DNA of 63,573 nt, filler included, from Trichomonas gallinae (lineage: Eukaryota): assembly GCA_008369845.1 (NCBI GenBank). It is 6 parts of 6 records of this genome, joined end to end, with 100 filler letters (N's around TTAATTAATTAA, not from the genome) between each part and the next. Parts side by side here need not be neighbours in the genome. Positions count along the whole stretch, not along the records: positions 16,256 to 41,213 come from MRSU01000286.1; positions 41,314 to 48,004 come from MRSU01000297.1; 4 more parts are not named here. The stretch is one strand, 5' to 3'. A model generated the notes under the pieces. That model saw only the letters and a list, made by a program, of their open reading frames with translations, made no database searches and had not been told where the DNA came from. Shown here in pieces: positions 33,582-44,444 of the stretch. Both the position numbers and the translations under genes were made by a program. How positions within the stretch are numbered: position 1 is the stretch's first letter; each line of letters starts with the position of its first letter.

Positions 33582-34725
33582 TTTTTAAAAATGATGTATT
33601 CAATTTTTTTTATTTGTGAGGAATATAATCGTAATTTTGAACAAAAAATAAAAGTTATTCCTTTCTTTAAAGTGAACAAAATTTATCAAAATTTATAAAA
33701 CTTGCATTTTTATTTGTTTTGAAAATATCAAAAATGCAATCACTGTACTACAAAAATTCCGAATTTCGCAGCAAAATAATCGAAATTGCCAATATTCGAA
33801 TTCCACAATTGCATTTTATCGAAACTTTGATTCGAAAATATCAAAATACACTAGAGATAATTATTTTCTGACTGGATCTAACAGGAAATTGAATAATTGA
33901 TGTTTTTTTAATTGAGGAAAAATTTATTGATTTATTTATCCTTTATCTATATGATAATCTATCTCCATACAATTAACTCAAAAGTAATTAATATTTAATT
34001 TGGTTCAAATCCAAATGATATGAATCACAAGATATATATTTGCTCTTTAAATACCATATTACGTGTCAATTAATGATGTTGAGTCTTTAATTGATATGAA
34101 ATAACATGATTTGATCCCTGAAAAGTCAATTTATTTCGAATGAATAAAATTTTCAAAATATACTAGGGAATTGATACAAAAATTCTCCAAAAATTATCTG
34201 TTTTCACAAACAGGTATATCAGTTACATTGACTACAGTTTCAAAATAGAAGTTTAAGATATATTTAATCATTGAATACTGGATAAACTTCCGAAATATTC
34301 ATATTGGTTATCATGACTTACATTATATTCAGACAGAGATTTCAGATCAAATAAATATTCATGCCTAACATATTAAAATACTATAATTTATTGACAATTT
34401 TGAAATAGTTAAATACATGATAACATTTACAGATAGAATACTATTTCTTACTGATAAGGAACTATCTGACAGAAAGAAAAATGTATATATAGCATCAGAT
34501 CATATTTTGACGATTTCATCTTACAGTAAATTCGCATAATCATCCGCTAAAACTCTAACAAAGATACTACCCAATTCAAAGCAAACATTAAAAATGTAGA
34601 TTGTTATTCATTCATTTCATTCTCATAATTAGATCCATTATGATCAAGATGCTCGAGAATTTATTATAATGTGGTAGTAAAAAGTAGTTTGGGATGGTTT
34701 TTGGAAAGAAATAACAATAATAATA

Positions 34726-36210
34726 TTATTCTTTTTCTATTATTTCATACAATCGTGTTATATTTTCTGTTTCATCTTCTTCATCGAGGATGTCTAAAAC
34801 ATCCTGTGTTATGCTGTTGAGTTCGGCTTCAATACTTGTATCATATAAAGTTTTTGATTTAATGAGAGTGAAGAACCTAAGTAAACATCTGACATAAAGA
34901 TCCAATGACTCTGGGTCATGACATGTTTCCATTTGATTAGGAATTAAGTCAATTATTGAAACTAAATCAATATTCGCGAGAGATTCAATGGTTCCATCCA
35001 ACATGTATGCGAGGATATACTCGAAAAACTTATGTTTAGTGTCGAAATTCGTTTCATGGAAACTTCCAACGAAATTCTGAATTGCATCAAAATGATTACA
35101 AGTTTTAATTGTATCTGGAAATGTGGAAATCAATGCATGAAGTGAAGAAAACGCGCCCATTTGCACATCGTTGTCTGGTGGATGATTCATTAAAATATAT
35201 AAAATTGAATTTACAACATCACCAGGACCAAACTTACTATCAGGATCAAACAAACTACTACTAAAAAATTCTGGCACCTTTTTAGCTAATATGGTCATAA
35301 CTTTCATGTAAATGATCGGACTTTCATCATATGCCGCATCTTTCCATTTTAAAAAAAATTTAGTATTAATTGATGAGAAATCGTCATAATTTCGTTTGAG
35401 AAGTTGATACATTATGTTTCCTATGTAATATGTTGAGTATCCAAGTCTATAATGTATCCACATTTTTAATGCAATTTTAATTTCATTAATAATGTCAGGT
35501 GTAACTTCATTGCTCTTCAAATAGTGTGCAATAAAGATAGAGAGCGTACTTACGTATCTACTATTCGTTTCTTCGTTGGAAATTTGATAATGTCTGTTAA
35601 TTATTTTTAATGCAACGTCCGGACTAAAAATCGGAGCATATTTAGGGCGCATGATGATATTTATATATGTTAATAGTATTGCTATTTCTGCATTCGATTT
35701 AGAAATGTTATCTGAATTTTGATGAGAAGCACGAAGCGAAAAATTATGGGTATATGTATTTGTGAGGAAATATAGCGATAGTTCTAAGTAATTTTCTGCT
35801 AATAAATCATCAATATATATTGGATCTCCGCGTGTTAAATCATTTATCACTGAAAATATTGCAAATCTGAAATTTCCATCGCCAATGCGTTTTTCTTTGA
35901 GTATATTTAGTAATGCGAGTAGTTTTTCTGGTAAATGGAAGTCTCTACATATATCTATATTTGGAAAAGGATGCTCTGCGATTAAATTGTGCAAATTCAT
36001 TAAGTAGTCCTTAATTGATTGATAAAAATCAGGATTATTAAAGTCAGATTGATCTAATCCTTCAATATAAGGAATAATTGCCGAAATAAACTCTACATCT
36101 TCCCAACACGGATCCATTTCATTCTCTCCTGGCAGTTTGATGTAGTTTTTGTCCAAAATTCGTTCATTGAATTGTTGAACATATTCATTCTCCTTATATG
36201 GATCTATCAT
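34726..36210 (-). CDS. Hypothetical alpha-helical (ARM/HEAT-like) protein
   Basis: 494-aa ORF with helical L/I-rich periodicity; no diagnostic motif. Confidence 0.75.
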   Translation of the reverse strand: MIDPYKENEYVQQFNERILDKNYIKLPGENEMDPCWEDVEFISAIIPYIEGLDQSDFNNPDFYQSIKDYLMNLHNLIAEHPFPNIDICRDFHLPEKLLALLNILKEKRIGDGNFRFAIFSVINDLTRGDPIYIDDLLAENYLELSLYFLTNTYTHNFSLRASHQNSDNISKSNAEIAILLTYINIIMRPKYAPIFSPDVALKIINRHYQISNEETNSRYVSTLSIFIAHYLKSNEVTPDIINEIKIALKMWIHYRLGYSTYYIGNIMYQLLKRNYDDFSSINTKFFLKWKDAAYDESPIIYMKVMTILAKKVPEFFSSSLFDPDSKFGPGDVVNSILYILMNHPPDNDVQMGAFSSLHALISTFPDTIKTCNHFDAIQNFVGSFHETNFDTKHKFFEYILAYMLDGTIESLANIDLVSIIDLIPNQMETCHDPESLDLYVRCLLRFFTLIKSKTLYDTSIEAELNSITQDVLDILDEEDETENITRLYEIIEKE

Positions 36211-36580
36211 TTAAAATTTTAGCCAAATTTACACGTCAAAAATTTAATTAATGAGGCAAAATTAATTTTACATGTCAAAATTATATCCTTACACATCAAA
36301 TTTCAAAAATTTACATGTCATAATCAAAATATTTACACGTCAAACTTTCTACAAGTGAAGTGAGGCAAAAGTCCAATTTTACATGTCAAAACACATAATC
36401 AAAAAAAGTTCATGAAATATAATATAGATATAAGATATCATGATTTTAAAAAGACCAAACAATAACACTTCACATATGGAACAATCATGTATGCAATTAT
36501 AATTCGTTTTAATGATAAATACTCTAAAAATAAGAAAAACAGAGATAGAAATTTGCCATGTAAAGTAGATTATTTGTCAA

Positions 36581-38371
36581 ATGCATCTTCTGGGTTTTTT
36601 TGCGCTTTTCTTACCATTTTGCACAACATGGTTTGGATTTGAAATCATTTTCTTTGTTTGCAAAGGTAAGTTGAATCTCCTAGAAATGGCTGGTATGGCT
36701 TTTCCTATTGGTTTTTCGCTTTGCAGCATTTTAGGATTAGTTTTTAACGTAATATTCGGCTGCACATTCGTCCATTACATTTTACACATAGCATTCTTCG
36801 GTGTTCTTGCATCAGCTTTGCGCCATGTCAACAAAAAGAGAAAAATTCGATTTAACAGAACAAAACTATTAACAAAGATCATATTAATCGCCATTATTCC
36901 ATTATCATACTACATTTCTTCGTATATTTTCCCAGATAAAGGCTACGTTTTGAAAGCCTGCGAAGATCAAATTTATTTCGAGATTACTATGGTTTCTTCG
37001 TTCTCAAAAGGTGAAAATAAATGGAGAGGATTCATCAGAGGTATCATAAATCCGTTTTATTCCGGAAAAATCCTTTGGTCAGATTATATTTCTCCATTTT
37101 ACTGCGGGTTGTTGAAAAGTGCGGGCATGGCTGTTACAAAAACAATAACATTTACCACAGCATTATTTTTCATATCATTATTCTATCTACAGTATTCATT
37201 CACATATAAATATACAAATTCTGAATTTGCATCATGTTTGGCTGTCCCTGCACTTCTTTTTGCAGGTGGATTCTATTTCACTAACCTAATTCCAAATTGG
37301 AACAATGCAAATCGCGGATTTGATTATATTTATAAAATTGATGGATCTTCGCTTGTTAATTGGGGCAATGGATTTTTACATGCCTTTCTTTCATCAAGAA
37401 CTGCTTTATTATCATGTACACTAGCAATTTCATCATATTTATTGGCTTTAGCAAATTTTGAGACAGTTGGTGGATTATTAGTTGCATTTATTGCATTGAC
37501 CAGACCACAAAATGGATTATTTGCATCAATTATCTTCACTTTCATTAAATTTAAGAAAATCGAGAAAAGATTTGCTTTTCTTGCAGTGAATTCTTTCTTG
37601 TTCTTATTAGAGAATGGAAAATTTACATTCTGTGATCCATTGTGGTCAAATGGAATCACGAAAGACTCAGCAATTCCAGTAATTTCATTTTTCATTGCAA
37701 TTCTCGGAGTTTTCAACTTCGGAATAGTTCTTTCTCTTTTCGATAATAGATCATTTGAGATACTGGTTAGTTTATGCGCAATGGTTTTGCTTTGCTGCAC
37801 GAATATGCAGAGTGAACATAGAATTAATTTCGCTGTTGGTGTTTCAGTCGTATATCCTTTCATTATAGCATTATCATATACAGGCTTCATGAAATTAGCA
37901 AGAATGTTCAAAGATAATCAAATAGAAGGAATCTTATTCGGATTAATTATAGTAACGACAGCAATTGGCTGCTTATCTTCATTCTGTGGCATCTTCCACA
38001 ACTACTCATTGATGACCTGCGTGTGGGAAGATGATGAAACTGAAGTTGAAGAGTGGTTTATTGCCAATTCTTCAAGAAGTGATCATATTCTCTTCGAGCC
38101 AACTATATTCTGGAACCCAGCACTGACGCGCGCAGGGAGATCAGCATACTATGTTCCACTACAATACTTCCAGTTCCGGGAATTCAATATAACAGACAGG
38201 AAACAAGATATCGATGATTTCCTCAAGACGAAAGTCTGGCCTGAAGATGTCAGATATGTTATATACAAGAGTGGTGACACGTGGGAAAGACAGCTATCTA
38301 CAAACTTTAATGAATACTTCAATTTAGTGTTCAGCAATGAAAAATATAATATCATAGAGGCGAGATCATGA
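36581..38371 (+). CDS. Polytopic membrane protein, possible GT-C-fold glycosyltransferase
   Basis: About 12 hydrophobic segments, an acidic first loop (EDQIYFE) and a C-terminal soluble domain W..ANS...HIL......NPA...AGR. Confidence 0.6.
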   Translation: MHLLGFFALFLPFCTTWFGFEIIFFVCKGKLNLLEMAGMAFPIGFSLCSILGLVFNVIFGCTFVHYILHIAFFGVLASALRHVNKKRKIRFNRTKLLTKIILIAIIPLSYYISSYIFPDKGYVLKACEDQIYFEITMVSSFSKGENKWRGFIRGIINPFYSGKILWSDYISPFYCGLLKSAGMAVTKTITFTTALFFISLFYLQYSFTYKYTNSEFASCLAVPALLFAGGFYFTNLIPNWNNANRGFDYIYKIDGSSLVNWGNGFLHAFLSSRTALLSCTLAISSYLLALANFETVGGLLVAFIALTRPQNGLFASIIFTFIKFKKIEKRFAFLAVNSFLFLLENGKFTFCDPLWSNGITKDSAIPVISFFIAILGVFNFGIVLSLFDNRSFEILVSLCAMVLLCCTNMQSEHRINFAVGVSVVYPFIIALSYTGFMKLARMFKDNQIEGILFGLIIVTTAIGCLSSFCGIFHNYSLMTCVWEDDETEVEEWFIANSSRSDHILFEPTIFWNPALTRAGRSAYYVPLQYFQFREFNITDRKQDIDDFLKTKVWPEDVRYVIYKSGDTWERQLSTNFNEYFNLVFSNEKYNIIEARS

Positions 38372-38945
38372 TTTTCTAACTTTTTTTATGCTTTTATTTG
38401 TATATCTTATTAAAAATGTTTTATATGAATCATATCTTTACTTGCTAATATAAAATCCAGCATACTATTTGCATCAGAGAAATTAGAAGAAATAGCAATT
38501 ATAATAATGATTTTCTTCTCACTATTTCTGAAATGCAAGTGCAAAAGTTAATTTTAAATATACGGATTTGATTCTTGCTTCATATAATGGACATCATGAA
38601 TAGATGTCATTGTACTAATTTAAATGCAATAATAACTTGAGTTTATTCATCTGTGGTCTTTCTTTAAGTTATTGGATTTGATGTCATGAACTAGTTTAAA
38701 AAATGGGTCTTGTCAAACACTCAAGAATAAACTGAAGTCATTATAAAGGGTTTCTTATATAATAATCTAAAGATAGAAACTTCTTTGATAAAAATCTGAA
38801 TAAATGAAAATAAAATCAAATTTTACATGACAAAAATTATTTTACATGACAAAAAGAATATAAATCGAAAATTTACTGAAATAATAACTAGATATGATGC
38901 GTATATTCATATTCTTGATTTTTGATATCAAAATATTTTTCAAAA

Positions 38946-40703
38946 ATGGATATAACAGTCGGAACGTTGATAACTTTTATGGGCAAGAAGGGCGAAGTCA
39001 AGTACGTTGGCCCTTTTGCTGACAGGGAAGGCACATATGTTGGAATAGAGCTTGAAGTTCCCAAAGGAAAAAATAGTGGAATTATTAAAGGCATAAAAAT
39101 GTTCGATTGCAAGGAAAATCACGGCATATTCGCACGAATAGAGGATATACGAAAGACCTGCAAGATTATTGGTCCTCATATGAGACATTCAGTTTCATTT
39201 GATGCAACACCAAAGCTAGACAGATCGTCAACACCAGTCAAACAATCACCAACTGAAAGTGCTTCACCATTAACTTATGGTTTAATGAGATCGCGAACGG
39301 CATCATCAGAATTCCTTGTCGAATCTAAAGAAGAACTAGAAAATAAGCTTAAAAAGTACAAAGATTTTATCGTTACATCAAAAGAAAAGATAAATGACGT
39401 GATTGAAAAAACTAAATTAATGTTAGACGCGATTGTCAAGAAAGAAAGCGATCAAAAAGAGGAATTTAATGGGGTTAAGCAAGAATTTGCAAAGATTATT
39501 TTCCAAAAACAAATCAAAATCGAACAAGAATTAATTCAGAAGGAAGAAGAATGCATTCAGTCTGCTAGGAGGGTCAGAATCCTTGCTGAAACAGCAGATG
39601 GACGTGTATCCAATGAAAAAATCATGCTTTTACAAAAAATTAATAATGCCCATATCGAATATCAGCAATTAATACAACAGCTTCTCGACGCACAAAGAAT
39701 TAACCTGAATACAGTAAACAGATCCATTCAGACACTGAAAAAACGCGTGCCAAGGACAGAAAAAGACTTAAATAGATATCAAAGAGTTTTAGAAGACCTT
39801 AAAAACGAAATAGAGAAGTACGAAGAGGAAGGAATGCCTGATTGGAGCAAAGTTGCTGATCTGAAGGAAAAAGTCGATGAAATGACGGCAAAAAACAAGA
39901 GATTAGAATTGGAAGATAAAATGTCTAAGATCGACGTTGATATTACATCTCAATGCATATCAGATCTTGTTCAGAAAGACAATCCATTGATTTTCCTTGC
40001 ATTGAAAGTTAATATTTTGCATGCTAAAGTCAAAGCATATTCTGATTTCGTAAATGGAAAGAAACAAGCTTTAGCTTACTATCTGTTATATCTCTTAGAG
40101 TTCGTACAGATTATATTAACTGGATATCATTCAAAAATCTCTGGTTTTCAAGAAATTTTTGATGAATTAGATTCAATATCCAATTCTATTGATAATGGCA
40201 AGCTCGTTCTCAATACAAACAAGCTAGTGGGTCTAATCAAAGGAATTACTTACATTCAGCTCGAAAATTGCTTAACTCCAAGTTTATTAAAGTATATAGC
40301 GTTTCTTTCAACAAATCCAGAGAACAAAGCAATTCTAACAGACATTGCCAATGAGATCGATATATCTCTTCATACAGAATTCGTTTCCCAAGAAGATGCA
40401 AAAATATTATCAAAAATTATAAGCGAGATTAAGGCTTCACAAAATGGAGGAATATTTGGCTCTATAGACGACCTTCTTAATCTGTACGAAAAATATGAAA
40501 AACGCGAATTTGATTTAGTGAAAATTTTCCAGCTGAGAGAAGATGAGGATAAAAAGGCACAAGAAAAACTACAACTCCTTGCAGAACAAGAAAAAGACAA
40601 ATTTGAAGATCAAGTGAAAAAGATGGAAGAAGAAAGAGATCAATTAAATAGCCAGCGACTTCAATTGTTGGAGCAAATCAAAGCAGTCAAAGATAAGCAA
40701 TAA
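38946..40703 (+). CDS. CAP-Gly domain coiled-coil protein (dynactin p150-like architecture)
   Basis: GEVKYVG......YVGIELEVPKGKNSG.IKG...FDC..NHGIF; ATG at 38946. Confidence 0.85.
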   Translation: MDITVGTLITFMGKKGEVKYVGPFADREGTYVGIELEVPKGKNSGIIKGIKMFDCKENHGIFARIEDIRKTCKIIGPHMRHSVSFDATPKLDRSSTPVKQSPTESASPLTYGLMRSRTASSEFLVESKEELENKLKKYKDFIVTSKEKINDVIEKTKLMLDAIVKKESDQKEEFNGVKQEFAKIIFQKQIKIEQELIQKEEECIQSARRVRILAETADGRVSNEKIMLLQKINNAHIEYQQLIQQLLDAQRINLNTVNRSIQTLKKRVPRTEKDLNRYQRVLEDLKNEIEKYEEEGMPDWSKVADLKEKVDEMTAKNKRLELEDKMSKIDVDITSQCISDLVQKDNPLIFLALKVNILHAKVKAYSDFVNGKKQALAYYLLYLLEFVQIILTGYHSKISGFQEIFDELDSISNSIDNGKLVLNTNKLVGLIKGITYIQLENCLTPSLLKYIAFLSTNPENKAILTDIANEIDISLHTEFVSQEDAKILSKIISEIKASQNGGIFGSIDDLLNLYEKYEKREFDLVKIFQLREDEDKKAQEKLQLLAEQEKDKFEDQVKKMEEERDQLNSQRLQLLEQIKAVKDKQ

Positions 40704-41153
40704 TGTTTATTAGTGAGTGCTTTATTCAGTCACTTGATGATTATTATTTAATTTGATTTACAGCAGACTTAGTGTTCTATAATGATTCTCTGAACATTAT
40801 TTCTTGCAGTCAGTTTAGAATTCCTGATGGAGTTTTGAAAATATGATATATTACATGGATTTTCATCATTACAATCTATTTAAGAAAGCTAGGAAATATA
40901 AGTATGAAGTGTTATTGTTTCTTATTTGATATATTACTAAAATGTGTTTTTATTATGAAGTATTTTAAGTGTTTTTACGATTGATTAATATCTATCTCTA
41001 GACAATAAAAAGTACTTAATGTTTATCAAGTGTGTTATCATTGATCTATTTATAAATTGCTTTGAATAATATGTTTATTTGTCAAAAAATTTATCACTTT
41101 GACATATAAACACAAGTAGCATTATATATAACATTAGAATTAAATAAATGTAA

Positions 41154-41213
41154 GGGCCTTTAGCTCACCTGGGAGAGCGTGCGACTGAAGATCGCAAGGT
41201 ACGTGGTTCAAGT
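41154..41213 (+). tRNA. tRNA-Phe (GAA), 3' end cut by the contig boundary
   Basis: GGGCCTT-TA-GCTC..GAGC-G-TGCGA-CTGAAGA-TCGCA-AGGTA-CGTGG-TTCAAGT, then Ns. Confidence 0.9.
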
Positions 41214-41313
41214 NNNNNNNNNNNNNNNNNNNNNNNNNNNNNNNNNNNNNNNNNNNNTTAATTAATTAANNNNNNNNNNNNNNNNNNNNNNNNNNNNNNN
41301 NNNNNNNNNNNNN

Positions 41314-41447
41314 TCCTTCTCGATGGCAGCAAGCTTACGCTTGTCGAGACCGCCGCACTTGTAGATGAGGTGGCCTGTTGTTGTGGACTTGCCTGCATCG
41401 ACGTGTCCGATAACGACAATATTGATATGCTCTTTCTCCTTACCCAT
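41314..41447 (-). CDS. EEF1A: Elongation factor 1-alpha, 5' fragment (rest lies in the gap)
   Basis: [45 protein letters not shown]. Confidence 0.95.
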
Positions 41448-43347
41448 GAGAAACTAAAGTGAAGGACCACGCTTTATCGCTCTTCTCAATTATTCTTAAG
41501 TTTACACAATTTTGATAAGGACACTTTTTTATGAAACATTCATTTACACATGTTATAGATCAATTTTTATTTCCATGAAAGTTTTTTAAAAAAATATTAA
41601 TTATATGAAATGATAATTTTTTTATATTTTAAAAGGTTTTAATTTTAAAGCAAATCAACGAAACGTTTCTAATTTAGTTGATTGACACATTTTGCGACTT
41701 TGGGCAAAATTTGAATCATTTTATGGAATTTCATCAAATAATGATATTCTAAATATCGAAGAGATATGCAATGCTAACATGCTAGAGACGCATAGTGTCA
41801 ATATATTGATAATTTGATGAAAACTCATTCAATAAACTCTTAAATATATTTACTAAAACAGTTAATATTATATCTCATATCAAAATAATCTCAAGGCATT
41901 ATTCTTATGAGAGGGTAATTTAAACAACTTTTTATTCTTTAAAGATAATCATGGAATTGTATCATATGCAAAACATTGATGATGCAATCAAGTCATATTG
42001 TAATTTCGATCGTGTTTTGAAGGGAATATCATGAATTGAAATATTTCATGATATCCTTTCATATTGGCTATGTTCGACTGAATTCTAATATTACTGATGG
42101 TTTACACGAACTGCATCCAATATTATCTAGTTTTTTCCAGATTTTGTACATAAGCTTTCTTTTTTTTTTCAGTGTTCAACAGTAAACATTTTCAGCACGA
42201 TAAAATAACGTCATTTTATAAATACGAACGCTTTTTTTATTGGCTTGATTACAATTATTTTTTTTTCTTAACAGTAATGCTCCTGGTTACTATTTCTGAT
42301 GAGGTTAAGAATCTTTACGATATTTGAATTCCAAACGAACCTCCTTTCAAATTAAATCATTTTAAAATGCAAAAATTTTAACGGAAGGACAATGCACACA
42401 ATTAAAATGAAACGTATATCAACTTCTCAATTTGATTCTTAGGAAAACCGCAAGATTGACTGGGGGAGGATTAAAGCTTTGAGAGGATTAATTTAATTTT
42501 TGGGTGTTTTGAGATCATTTCAGGAACATTTTCCATATTGTATCTAAGCGTAAGCTGTAAAAGCATTCATGGCATAAATTAAGCGCATTACAAGGTGTCA
42601 TCTAATAGTCATTGTGCACAATTTTTTTTTCTCAGAACAACCTAGGAAAATTGGTTTAGGACCATACCTTATCTTTCAAAAATATCCTTATTCGTTAATA
42701 TCATTCAATCAAGCAATTGCACTCATGAAAATTTAATTCTACAAAAAATTATTTTAATTCTGATGAGTTTCCAGAGAATAGATTGAGTCATTCATTTGCA
42801 TGAGGATATAATTATTATAATAATTATCAGATTTCATGCAAATATAGTTAACCAAACAAATTTTATCACACATTAGAGCTCTTTTCAAAAATCAATGTAT
42901 TAATTTAATTCATAATATCAGATGCTTTCATAAGAACATGCCCGAATTTCATTTCCGACATTCATTAATTTTTTTTAAATTAGGTTATCCAATTGATATC
43001 ATTCAATCATTTATATTAATAGCTGATAACCATTGTTATTTCAATGTTGTTCATTATTGATTGCATTTTTTTTGAAAAAAAACCTGATCTTGAACTTTTT
43101 TGAAAAGGCTGCTCGACACATCTCCAATGCATCACAACAAGATCGAATTTTGAAAACCAATTTATGTTTTATTTTTTTTCTGAATATTTTTTTAATTAAC
43201 ATATTTTGCATAAAAATATTCGCATAATTGGAATTTTGACAGACTGAATTTTGTAATAATTATTGAAAAGTCTTCTTTGAAATACTCTGAAATTTACTTT
43301 TTTCCATTAAACAATTTATTCTCACATACACCTTTTAATTACAATAT

Positions 43348-44217
43348 TCATATTTTTTGGGCTGACAGACGATATTCTGAAAATGTTAACTTTTCAATTT
43401 TTGAAAGAGGTTTCTGATTGGTCCAAGAATTGGTCGTTTCGTCATAAAATACTTTCCCTTCACTTTTTAAAACAATCAAGCAAGCACGTATTCGTCTATC
43501 CAGGGCTAAACTTGCAAATATCCCCTTTTTATGTCGATATTCAAACAATGACCTTAGTATTTCATCAATTGTGACTGATCTGTCTAAAGTACGCATATAG
43601 TCTTCTACACATCTTTCAAAGGTATTCTCTTTCATCGTATAGTTTTGGTTTATTTCGATTTCACTTGGCTTTACAGATATCTGAGTTTCTTCAACGTCTG
43701 TATCGTCAAAATCGGAGTAATCACCTCCATATGGTCTTTTGAATAGAATTCTCTTGAGTGGAACCTTGCGAGGGTTCGAATTTAATTTCCACATTTCGCT
43801 GTTTTTAGGATCTTTGAGAAACAAATGTCGAGCTTTTTTTCGAACAGCAAGGTTTAAACGTATGATCCTGATTGATGGCTCCATTGAAAACCCACGTGAT
43901 GAATACTTTTCGATTGTTTGCCATCTTTGAGTGATATATTCTAATAATTGTTCTTCTGAAGCTGCTCCATTGTTTTCTTTAATGCAAGAAATCATTGCTT
44001 TTTGTATGGGTGATGATTTTTTCCCACAGTTTTTCCCTGTTTCCTCGAAGGGATGTAAAGTGTTCATAAATTCTTCTTCTCCAGAATAGAGTTTCTGTCG
44101 TTCAGCAAAATACAATGACGCAATTCTGCTTTGTTCTTTCCTCTTGGATAAAACAGCAGAAGATAAAGGGTGGGGCTTCCGACCCCTCTTCATTCGTAAG
44201 TATTTGAAATTTCTCAT
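43348..44217 (-). CDS. Hypothetical basic nuclear protein, possibly two winged-helix-like domains
   Basis: 289-aa ORF with KRGRKP; two segments end in helix-strand-W patterns (IIRLNL...FLKDP...W; IRACL.VLK.EG.V.YD....W). Confidence 0.65.
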   Translation of the reverse strand: MRNFKYLRMKRGRKPHPLSSAVLSKRKEQSRIASLYFAERQKLYSGEEEFMNTLHPFEETGKNCGKKSSPIQKAMISCIKENNGAASEEQLLEYITQRWQTIEKYSSRGFSMEPSIRIIRLNLAVRKKARHLFLKDPKNSEMWKLNSNPRKVPLKRILFKRPYGGDYSDFDDTDVEETQISVKPSEIEINQNYTMKENTFERCVEDYMRTLDRSVTIDEILRSLFEYRHKKGIFASLALDRRIRACLIVLKSEGKVFYDETTNSWTNQKPLSKIEKLTFSEYRLSAQKI

Positions 44218-44444
44218 TCAATTTTGTGACGTTTGCCACAACTTCCGATAATTATGCTTAACACGCATCATGCAACACATTTCTCTGGCAAAGTTTGTTA
44301 GGATTTTTTTTGAGGAGAAAATAATCGTATGACTATTTATGTTCTGTCAAATAATTATTGAATTTTTTATTAAAAAAGAACGAGTTATATAGTTCAATAT
44401 AGTATAAAAATCAAACAGTTTTATAATAACAAATCACAAAAATA

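Noticed and set aside
41154..41470. Apparent tRNA-Phe / EF-1alpha adjacency and ORFs ending at 41258 and 41262
   Set aside because: They lie on different contigs, and the ORF stops come from the linker.
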